IMG/VR virus record: IMGVR_UViG_3300043436_003321
Coordinates: 1 to 26,529 of that record
Reading direction: 5' to 3' (one strand)
Length of the DNA stretch: 26,529 nt
Source: a virus
Lineage: Duplodnaviria; Heunggongvirae; Uroviricota; Caudoviricetes
Under the pieces are notes generated by a model that saw nothing but the letters and a program-made list of their open reading frames with translations, had not been told where the DNA came from and made no database searches. The first letter of the stretch is position 1. Every line of letters begins with the position of its first letter. The position numbers and the translations under genes are program-made. Shown here in pieces: positions 18,034 to 25,709 of this stretch.

Positions 18034-21000
18034 TTAGTAAGTTCCACCATCTAGTGTGGCTATTGATACTGCACCAGATGATACCGTAAAGTTATTTGCG
18101 CTAAAACTAGCAACACCTTTGACTGTATTATTAGCATTAATACCGGCGAGTACAAACGATGTACCTTCACCTGCAGCGCCTGTAATGGCAAGGCCTGTAT
18201 CAGAGGTGACACTGACATCAGCCGCATAGTTACCAGTAGTATCAGTACCAAGAGCAACCGAGTTTGGTTGAATTGTTGCGGTAATGCTTACGTTTGCACT
18301 GCCATTAAATGACACAGATCCTGCGACATCACCTGCAAGAGCAATAGTCCTTGCGGTTTGTAGAGTTGTGGCAGTTGACGCGTTGCCGGCCAGAGCTGCT
18401 GTAATGGTATTGGCTGCAAAGTTGCCTGATGCATCACGGAATACAATTGTGTTAGCTGTAGCAAGGGCTGTAGCATTCGAATCAATTGTATATGCAGTAC
18501 CTTCACCTGCAGTACCGGTGAGAGTAAGACCACTACCTGATACGGCTACTGATCCTGCATAGTTACCAGTAGTATCAGTACCAAGAGCAACCGAGTTAGC
18601 CTGAATTGTAGCAGTAATGCTTACGTTTGCACTGCCATCGAATGATGCCGAACCTGCAACATCTCCGGCTAGAGTAATAGTACGTGCGGTTTGAAGTGTT
18701 GTAGCAGTAGTAGCATTTCCAGAAAGAGCTGCTGTAATTGTTCCAGCAGTAAAGTTGCCACTTGCATCACGAGCTACTATCGCACTAGCAGTATTTAAGG
18801 TTGTAGCGGTTGTAGCGGAGTTTAATACCTTACCTGAAGTCGAGATTGTTGCTAGTTTTGTATCGACAATACCGGCTGAAGCATTAATATCTGCGTTAAC
18901 AATCGTACCGTCAAGAATCATAGTCGATGTTACAGTACCAGTATCACCTGTAGTGATCACTGTACCAGTCGTAGCTGGAAGAGTGACTGTGGTTGCGCCA
19001 GCCGCAGCAGATGCCACTAGTGTAGTTGAACCAGAAGTAGAACCATTAAATACTGCTCCGGTACCGCCGATTGTTGGCAGGATCAGAGTCTTATTGGTAA
19101 ATGTTTCTGATCCAGCAAGAGTCGCCAGAGTACCAGTTGTTGGTAGAGTAACGTTCGTAGCTGCGGTAGAGGTGAGTGTAAGAGCAAAGTTACCTGATGT
19201 TGTGAAGTTGTTCGCAGTAGAAATGTTACCACTGAGTGTAATCGTGCGACCAGTATTATTAACACCAGTACCACCATATTGGCCAGCAATTAACGAGCCA
19301 TTCCACGTACCAGTTGCGATTGTGCCTAATGTGGTAAGAGAGGTAGAACCAGCAAGAGGAGACGCGCCAATCGTATTGTATGAAACTGTCCGCGCAGTAC
19401 CGCCGTTAAACGTTGTGCCAGATGCTGCACCAGATCCACTACTGTTGAATGTTAAATCAGTTGATACACTTGTTGCGGTACCAGAAAGGTTTGCATATAC
19501 GGTATTTGCTTGTAAGTCAGCATATTGGAAAGTGGCATTAGCAGTATCAACAGAGGTACTAGGTTCTGGAGTAAGACCCTGGAACACCTTGAATCTGCCA
19601 TCTGTAGCATCACGGAAGAAACCGGCATGCTTGTCACCGCCGTCATTGTAATGGCCTACAAAACCAAGGTCTGGATTAGTGACGTTTCTAGCAGTAGCAA
19701 TACCACCTGAAACATATGTGCCAGTTGCAGCGTTTGTAATACTGAATGTTGAGCTATTAGAAGCAGTAATGGTTTGGTTAGATAAATTATACGCCGAAGG
19801 GTTAACACCTGTAATAGTAACATTTATGCCGACATCAAATGTGTTAGTACCGGAAACCGTATAGACTACAGTGGTACCATTCCCGACTGCACCAGTGATA
19901 GTCTCAGTCACATCGTCGTTTAGAAAAATTAGGTTATCCTGAATAGCAATGGATTGGGCATGAATAGTAATTGAGTTACCAGAAACGGTCAAGTTACCAT
20001 CAATAACGACATTGCCGGTCGAATTGATATCACGGAAGGTTACGTTAGCAGTTGTAGCAACATCCTGTCCAATTGCTACAGTTGGGGTAGTTCCTTCACC
20101 AGTGTTATTACTAATGGTGACACCAGTGCCTTGCACAAGACTTGCTACATAGTTACCGGTAGTGTCGGTACCAAGAGCAACAGAGTTAGACTGGATAGTT
20201 GTGCTAATTGTTACGTTGGCTGACCCATCAAATGTTACAGATCCTGCCACATCACCTGAAAGAGCAATGGTTCTTGCTGTGGTTAATGTAGCCGCACTTC
20301 CAGTCGTATTCTGGTTACCTGTAGCATTTACACCTGGCAAGTTAATATTAGCGCTTCCATCAAATGAAACACCGCCAATAGTTCTTGCCGTCTGTAACGT
20401 AGTAGCTGTAGTAGCATTACCGGCAAGAGCAGCAGTAATTGTATTCGCCGCGAAGTTACCTGATGAATCACGAGCAACAACCTTTGATGCAGTAGCAGCA
20501 GTTGCTGCATCAACAGCAAGAGTGAGAGTTGCACCTTCTGAACCGCCATTACCACCAGTAATATATGATCCGTTAGCGATAGAGGCGACATAGTTACCAG
20601 TTGTATCCGTGCCGAGAGCGACTGAATCCGCCGCAATAGTAGTTGTAATAGTTACGTTACCTAGATTAGTCATTGTGGCTGAACCGGTAACATCACCACT
20701 TAGGGTAATGGTCGGATCTGCAACATCAAAACTAAGCGAACCAGCTCCAGCACCGTTATCGGTATAGGTTACAGTAATACCGTTTTGAGTGCCAGTAAGC
20801 ATTCCACCGACTGTATCTTGTACTGCTTCTGCAAAATCGGTAACTTGTGTCGAAGGAATCGCAATTGTATTTGCAGCCGCAGACGTAATTCTACCTTGCG
20901 CGTCTATAACAATTGTTGGAATAGCAGTAGCAGTTCCGTATGTGCCAGCTGTTACGGCGGTATTATCAAGGTTAATAGTAATATTGTTATTTGTTACCGC

Positions 21001-22023
21001 TGAGGTAAGCCCAGTTCCGCCAGTAACTGTAAGTGTATCGGTAAGAAGAGGAACGGTATCGGTTCCAGAATCGCCGGCAATGGAAAGATTAGTGGCAAGA
21101 CTTGCAGTACCAGCAGCTGTGAGTCGGCCTTGGGCGTCAACCGTAAATGTTGGAATTGCACTTGAACTGCCATAGGATCCAGCGGTAACGGCAGTATTAT
21201 CAAGGTTGATAGTAATGTTATTATTCGTTACGGCTGATGTGAGTCCAGTCCCACCAGATACGGTAAGAGTATCAGTAAGAAGAGGAACTGTATCAGTTCC
21301 AGAATCACCAGCAATAGAAAGGTTAGTTGCAAGGCTTGCTGTGCCAGCTGCGGTCAATCTACCTTGAGCATCAACTGTAAATGTTGGAATTGCACTTGAG
21401 CTACCATATGACCCTGCAGTAACTGCGGTATTATCAAGGTTAATAGTAATATTGTTATTTGTTACGGCTGAACTTAAACCCACGCCTCCGGCAAATGTCA
21501 CAATCTGATTTGAAAGAACCGTATCAGTTGTACCGCTATCTGCCGCAATTTGAAGTACGGCTGAACCGCCGGCAAATTGATCATCGACATATTTCTTAGT
21601 GGCGGCATCAGTGTTTGCGGTTGGCGTGGCAAGGTTAATAATCTTTGCTGAACTTACATCAACACTTCCTGTGCCATTTGGATCAAGAGTAATATTGCCA
21701 TTGGTATCGGTTGATGTAATAGCATTACCATTAATCGTAATATTGTCGACGTTTAGAATATCAATTTTGCTATTTGAATCGACAACAAGCGCCGAGGTAG
21801 CGGTCAAAGTACCTGGCACGTGATCAAGCATGGCAGTAAAGTATTTACCGCCAATGACTTCTATATTTGCTGCAACACCGGATGTTTCAGTACCGGTACC
21901 GATATAAAGGCGATCACCACCGTTTGCTTGCGTTCCGCCAAGGAATGAGTATGCCATTTCGCCTTGTGCAAGCGCACCAGGTGAGCCGGAAGAACCTGAT
22001 CGTTTGATTCTGATGAGTGACAT
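18034..22023 (-). CDS. Long tail fibre protein (proximal/shaft type)
   Basis: 1329 aa, Ala/Thr/Gly-rich. N-terminus IRIKRS...P.AL.QGEMAY. 78-aa tandem repeats, VALGTDTTGNY and TARTI repeats. Ends KGVASF...FTVSSGAV...LDGGTY with no obvious tip domain or chaperone. Confidence 0.86.
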   Translation of the reverse strand: MSLIRIKRSGSSGSPGALAQGEMAYSFLGGTQANGGDRLYIGTGTETSGVAANIEVIGGKYFTAMLDHVPGTLTATSALVVDSNSKIDILNVDNITINGNAITSTDTNGNITLDPNGTGSVDVSSAKIINLATPTANTDAATKKYVDDQFAGGSAVLQIAADSGTTDTVLSNQIVTFAGGVGLSSAVTNNNITINLDNTAVTAGSYGSSSAIPTFTVDAQGRLTAAGTASLATNLSIAGDSGTDTVPLLTDTLTVSGGTGLTSAVTNNNITINLDNTAVTAGSYGSSSAIPTFTVDAQGRLTAAGTASLATNLSIAGDSGTDTVPLLTDTLTVTGGTGLTSAVTNNNITINLDNTAVTAGTYGTATAIPTIVIDAQGRITSAAANTIAIPSTQVTDFAEAVQDTVGGMLTGTQNGITVTYTDNGAGAGSLSFDVADPTITLSGDVTGSATMTNLGNVTITTTIAADSVALGTDTTGNYVASIANGSYITGGNGGSEGATLTLAVDAATAATASKVVARDSSGNFAANTITAALAGNATTATTLQTARTIGGVSFDGSANINLPGVNATGNQNTTGSAATLTTARTIALSGDVAGSVTFDGSANVTISTTIQSNSVALGTDTTGNYVASLVQGTGVTISNNTGEGTTPTVAIGQDVATTANVTFRDINSTGNVVIDGNLTVSGNSITIHAQSIAIQDNLIFLNDDVTETITGAVGNGTTVVYTVSGTNTFDVGINVTITGVNPSAYNLSNQTITASNSSTFSITNAATGTYVSGGIATARNVTNPDLGFVGHYNDGGDKHAGFFRDATDGRFKVFQGLTPEPSTSVDTANATFQYADLQANTVYANLSGTATSVSTDLTFNSSGSGAASGTTFNGGTARTVSYNTIGASPLAGSTSLTTLGTIATGTWNGSLIAGQYGGTGVNNTGRTITLSGNISTANNFTTSGNFALTLTSTAATNVTLPTTGTLATLAGSETFTNKTLILPTIGGTGAVFNGSTSGSTTLVASAAAGATTVTLPATTGTVITTGDTGTVTSTMILDGTIVNADINASAGIVDTKLATISTSGKVLNSATTATTLNTASAIVARDASGNFTAGTITAALSGNATTATTLQTARTITLAGDVAGSASFDGSANVSITATIQANSVALGTDTTGNYAGSVAVSGSGLTLTGTAGEGTAYTIDSNATALATANTIVFRDASGNFAANTITAALAGNASTATTLQTARTIALAGDVAGSVSFNGSANVSITATIQPNSVALGTDTTGNYAADVSVTSDTGLAITGAAGEGTSFVLAGINANNTVKGVASFSANNFTVSSGAVSIATLDGGTY
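18224..18264. repeat. 41-nt exact direct repeat within the 1329-aa fibre gene (partner at 18557-18597, spacing 333 nt)
   Basis: gcatagttaccagtagtatcagtaccaagagcaaccgagtt occurs at both positions. Confidence 0.88.
20878..21471 (-). repeat. Coding tandem repeat with a 234-nt (78-aa) period, about 2.5 copies
   Basis: gtattatcaagg recurs at 21428, 21194 and 20960; unit SAVTNNNITINLDNTAVTAGSYGSSSAIPTFTVDAQGRLTAAGTASLATNLSIAGDSGTDTVPLLTDTLTV(S/T)GGTGLT. Confidence 0.92.
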
Positions 22024-22268
22024 TAGAAGAATCCTCCGTTAATTTCTGTATTTGGATTCTCGATCACAGTCTGAGCTCTCCAAGTTTGTGTCGATGCGTG
22101 GTAAGTAATAAGAGCGCCATCTTGCAAATTGCCGACGACGACATCAGAAAGATCGTCAAGCGTCATATTACTTGAGTTTATCTGGTAATTAGTAACTTGA
22201 ATGTTCTGCTGAGGATTTACCTTAGCAGTTGTCTGAATTCCTTGTGAAACTACAGCTCTAATAGTCAT
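22023..22268 (-). CDS. Small fibre-associated hypothetical protein
   Basis: 81 aa; LDDLSDVV....QDGALITY......W motif seen in fibre-type repeats; stop overlaps the fibre start; ends INGGFF. Confidence 0.65.
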   Translation of the reverse strand: MTIRAVVSQGIQTTAKVNPQQNIQVTNYQINSSNMTLDDLSDVVVGNLQDGALITYHASTQTWRAQTVIENPNTEINGGFF

Positions 22269-22269
22269 A

Positions 22270-22602
22270 TTATGATCTCGTGATACCTGGGGTTACAGTA
22301 ACGATGCCTTCAACCACACGAGTAATAGTCCCAGCCGATGATGTAATCTCTACGTCATATAGATATCTACCGGGTTCAATTGCAGTAGTTGTGTTTGCAG
22401 TCATAGAAAGAAATATTTCACCACCTGCAGAACTATGACTGCCGACAAAATTGATGGCAGTACTTGATGCATAATTTTTTCTCATCTGCGCGGCCACAGA
22501 ATATCCAGTGAGATTAAATACATTATCTGACGTATCAGTTAAATCAATAGTAGCAGTAAATGTTGCGCCTTGATCAACAACTAAATTTGCTTTAATAGCC
22601 AT
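22270..22602 (-). CDS. Conserved T4-like virion structural protein (Ig-like/adaptor beta-sandwich)
   Basis: 110 aa; DQGATF...I......NLTGY...AQMRK.Y.S, GRY.YDVEI, RV.EG..TVTPG.T pattern common in T4-like fibre/baseplate regions; own late promoter and SD AGGAGA. Confidence 0.72.
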   Translation of the reverse strand: MAIKANLVVDQGATFTATIDLTDTSDNVFNLTGYSVAAQMRKNYASSTAINFVGSHSSAGGEIFLSMTANTTTAIEPGRYLYDVEITSSAGTITRVVEGIVTVTPGITRS

Positions 22603-22627
22603 AGATAATCTCCTTGAATCCTATGGT

Positions 22628-22635
22628 TATTTATA
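22628..22635 (-). promoter_or_regulatory. T4-type late promoter TATAAATA driving the fibre-neck-terminase genes
   Basis: Exact consensus, 26 nt upstream of the start at 22602. Confidence 0.85.
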
Positions 22636-22648
22636 AACCATCGCTTTC

Positions 22649-23314
22649 CTATATAAAAGTATTACTACCATCAATCAGATTTTCAAATTTAAACGAAAAC
22701 ACTGCAGTCCGTCTAGTTATTGCCTGAGAAACCACCCGATGATTCCATCCAGTGTTTATAAACCATAATTCGCCAGGTTTCATCTGCAAAGTTTTGAGTC
22801 CTTGTCTATCTTTAAACTCGAAAAGTGAATCATTATCATTGACACATATTTGTGCTCTACACATTACTGATGTATTGGTATCAATATGCCATGCTATAGA
22901 ATTATAGGGTTGTGTTTCACTCAATCTGAATCTACATATCGAATTAAAGTACTTTGATATATCATTAACTGTATTTTTTATCGAATATTTTTCTGTATCC
23001 CATCTTGTATACAACTCCTCATATTCATTAAATACTACTCCATTCACAGCAGTAGACATATTATCTTCATTTGCTTTTTTCTGTAAAAGTATTTGACGAT
23101 AAAAATCTCCTTTGACACCATGCGTATTTTCATAATCTACAGTTTTGGTAATGCTGTATACATCTCCCCCAATATCATTATGTTTATGTTGATCAATGAT
23201 GTCATTTAATTCTTGAATTGTTTCTTTTGAAACTTCGCCTAATTTTACAAAGGTTTTTAATAATGTTCTATCAGGTCCAGTGCCATGAACTCTATTACGT
23301 TTTGTTGTCTGCAT
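22649..23314 (-). CDS. Fe(II)/2-oxoglutarate oxygenase, Asp/Asn beta-hydroxylase-like
   Basis: HxD...H triad (WHID...NHRV), MKPGELWFINTGWNH.V and a downstream Arg, in a DSBH-type C-terminal half. Confidence 0.75.
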   Translation of the reverse strand: MQTTKRNRVHGTGPDRTLLKTFVKLGEVSKETIQELNDIIDQHKHNDIGGDVYSITKTVDYENTHGVKGDFYRQILLQKKANEDNMSTAVNGVVFNEYEELYTRWDTEKYSIKNTVNDISKYFNSICRFRLSETQPYNSIAWHIDTNTSVMCRAQICVNDNDSLFEFKDRQGLKTLQMKPGELWFINTGWNHRVVSQAITRRTAVFSFKFENLIDGSNTFI

Positions 23315-23825
23315 CTATATATCCATACTGTCTAAGTTTTCTGATCATGTTAGCATATACACTATGATAACGAAGTTGGAATAAAAATCTTGGGTGCTCG
23401 TTACCTTCCATCGCATGCGGCGTGAAAGTATCAAAAACAAATCCTCGATTAGAATAAAAATATGTACACTCCTCATCATCAACGTAAAATTTGGTAGGTG
23501 AAAACTTATCTAATGAAGGTAGAACTGCCCATGTTAAAGCTGTTTTAGTCATCATTGTTCTATTGTCAATATGTTTTTCTATAACATAGTACGGATCAGT
23601 TTTTAACATATATGCAATGAATGGTCTAAATTTGCCCATCTTGGGAATTACAGATTCAAACAAGTCTAATTTTAACTTTTTCTGATAAAATCCGCCTTTA
23701 CCATCTGTGCCATAAGGATCTAAATCGTACCACCCACTATCATCCAATGCATGTTCTTTAACAAGAGTCATGATATCATCGGGCAAAGGATATATTTCTT
23801 TAAAATTTTTGTCAAAGTTTAGCAT
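23295..23825 (-). CDS. Putative Fe(II)/2-oxoglutarate oxygenase (DSBH fold)
   Basis: KHID...FDTFTPHAME...HPRFLFQL: HxD, distal His and 2OG-binding Arg in the expected spacing. Confidence 0.62.
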   Translation of the reverse strand: MLNFDKNFKEIYPLPDDIMTLVKEHALDDSGWYDLDPYGTDGKGGFYQKKLKLDLFESVIPKMGKFRPFIAYMLKTDPYYVIEKHIDNRTMMTKTALTWAVLPSLDKFSPTKFYVDDEECTYFYSNRGFVFDTFTPHAMEGNEHPRFLFQLRYHSVYANMIRKLRQYGYIDADNKT

Positions 23826-25020
23826 TTAAAATATTTTTCACTCTACTTATTAGTTGATCATAATACGCATCATCTGCTATTAATGGTGTGCACATATTTA
23901 GTTTCTTACCTTGATACATACGACCGGTCAATCCATACTTCATCAACGAATTTACAGATTTGTTTAAATCAAGAGATAAGAACAGACCTGATACTCTATA
24001 TTCATTTATATAGTTCTCACTCTTAAAATACTCGCCTATTTCAATCAATCTTTTTGATATGTCTAACGACTTTTCTAATAGATTATCCCTCTTGACTATT
24101 TCGACAGTCTTTAATGCAGCATATACTGATCCAGCATATGGTTGTAAAGTGTGGCAATATGTAAAGTTATACTTATTCATCCCTCGATAAATCTTATTCG
24201 TACACATTGCTATTCCGACAGGTGTATGCCCGGCAGTAATTGCTTTGCCTCCTGCCACAATATCTGGAATAACCGGGTGGTTTAAATGTGAAAACCAATT
24301 ATTGCATTTGCCGTAACACAAAGCAACATCATCTATTATCATTAATATTTCATATTTATTACATAAATTGCGAATTGCAATCCACCAATTTTTAGAATAT
24401 TCAAGCGAGCCAGATATCCAAGGTACTGGATCAAATATTATACCAGCTATCTTACTGTTGGTTTGTAAATGTTGTTCTATTTCTATTAACATTTCTTGCT
24501 CACAAGAATCTCGGTCGGCAATATTTGACCATCTCTTAGCATTAATGTTTATAACTGTGTTATCTTTGTTCTCTGTAATACCATTTAGTTCAAGACACAG
24601 TTTAGATGTACCGTGCCAAGTTGGAACTATACTAATAATGGTATCGCGACCTGATGGGGCCATATAGTTTAATGCAATATTAATAGCAGATTCCACCGCT
24701 GCGGTACCAGAATTAGACCAGACTATATTTGACATTTTAGCTACATTACATAGAAAATCGTTTATATCCTCTACGTCTTTAGAAGTATGATTGTAGATAA
24801 TCTGGGGTCGACTTATAGTCTGCATTTTCTTGGAAATAAAATCTAATATTTCCTTATTTGAGTAACCTAAAATAAATGCAGACCCACCAGCTACTGTGTC
24901 AATAGCGCTAAAGTTTACAAATTCGTTAATGTACGAGTGCTGATTAACAAGTACATTGGGCATATCACTAATTAAATTTGCGAATGGCGATATCTGTCTG
25001 TTCATTTTATCATTATCCAT
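23812..25020 (-). CDS. Class III PLP-dependent aminotransferase (BioA/omega-transaminase-like)
   Basis: SG..AVESA, WHG, IIFDP, IDDVALCYGK, PDIV.GGKAITAG (PLP Lys) and HT motifs. The true start may be the ATG at 25005 (ATGA overlap with the upstream stop). Confidence 0.88.
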   Translation of the reverse strand: MDNDKMNRQISPFANLISDMPNVLVNQHSYINEFVNFSAIDTVAGGSAFILGYSNKEILDFISKKMQTISRPQIIYNHTSKDVEDINDFLCNVAKMSNIVWSNSGTAAVESAINIALNYMAPSGRDTIISIVPTWHGTSKLCLELNGITENKDNTVININAKRWSNIADRDSCEQEMLIEIEQHLQTNSKIAGIIFDPVPWISGSLEYSKNWWIAIRNLCNKYEILMIIDDVALCYGKCNNWFSHLNHPVIPDIVAGGKAITAGHTPVGIAMCTNKIYRGMNKYNFTYCHTLQPYAGSVYAALKTVEIVKRDNLLEKSLDISKRLIEIGEYFKSENYINEYRVSGLFLSLDLNKSVNSLMKYGLTGRMYQGKKLNMCTPLIADDAYYDQLISRVKNILNAKL

Positions 25021-25649
25021 TTAATAAACCATGCGGCTGGATCCCATTCATACCACTTTTTACCGATTTTCCAATCTCTTGGTTTTTCGTGATGATTAGC
25101 ATGCCAACCTTCACCGCCTGTAAAGATATTTGCGACTACGGAATTTCTCACGCCTTCTCCACTATGACATAGCGTATTAATCAATCCAAAACCTATGTAA
25201 CCATATATCATGGGTGAGACAATTAGAATTAACCACCATTGGATCGGCAATAATACTAAACCGCCTAAAATTGTAGCAACTCGAATCTTCTTGTGATGTT
25301 TATAGAACCACATTACTCTTGGGTTTCTTAACATATCAACCACGTGCCGATGTTTAATTGGGGGCACTTTAAAAGTTGACGTTAATATCCGCCAAACTGG
25401 TTGATGTTTCGGAGAATGTGGATCCTTAGGGGTATCTGAATGATTATGGTGCAATCTATGAACACCTACCCATCCTAATACAGGCCCCGATCCCGATAAT
25501 GGCCCAAGAATCAAGACAAAGTATTCATACCACAAAGAAACTTTAAATGATCTATGGGCAAAATACCGATGGTATCCAGCCGATACTACAGTCGACGATA
25601 GGAAAAACCACCAAATAAAACTTATCAGTATGTAAATTAAAATAGTCAT
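25002..25649 (-). CDS. Membrane-bound fatty-acid desaturase (delta-9/OLE1/DesC-like)
   Basis: Three His boxes GYHRYFAH, HRLHH...SD...DPHSP and GEGWHANHH, plus N.LCH; hydrophobic segments. Confidence 0.93.
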   Translation of the reverse strand: MTILIYILISFIWWFFLSSTVVSAGYHRYFAHRSFKVSLWYEYFVLILGPLSGSGPVLGWVGVHRLHHNHSDTPKDPHSPKHQPVWRILTSTFKVPPIKHRHVVDMLRNPRVMWFYKHHKKIRVATILGGLVLLPIQWWLILIVSPMIYGYIGFGLINTLCHSGEGVRNSVVANIFTGGEGWHANHHEKPRDWKIGKKWYEWDPAAWFIKWIMIK

Positions 25650-25696
25650 AGTCTATTCGTTAAATCCTATATTCATTTTATGTCGACATTTAGACT

Positions 25697-25704
25697 TATT
25701 TATT
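25697..25704 (-). promoter_or_regulatory. Possible variant late promoter AATAAATA upstream of the desaturase
   Basis: 7/8 match in a 60-nt AT-rich gap; could be chance. Confidence 0.25.
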
Positions 25705-25709
25705 CCAGC

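Noticed and set aside
12413-21823. Many long plus-strand ORFs over the fibre genes (e.g. 15716-16948, 410 aa; 18755-19651, 298 aa)
   Set aside because: Antisense shadows of Ala/Thr/Gly-rich coding sequence. They mirror the fibre repeats, have no SD or promoter and no recognisable motifs.
12079-22023. Recurrent 40-44 nt repeats as a CRISPR array, DGR template/variable repeat pair or invertase sites
   Set aside because: All are in-frame coding direct repeats with irregular spacing. There are no unique spacers, no adenine-specific mismatch pattern was noticed, and no reverse transcriptase, cas or invertase gene lies in the window.
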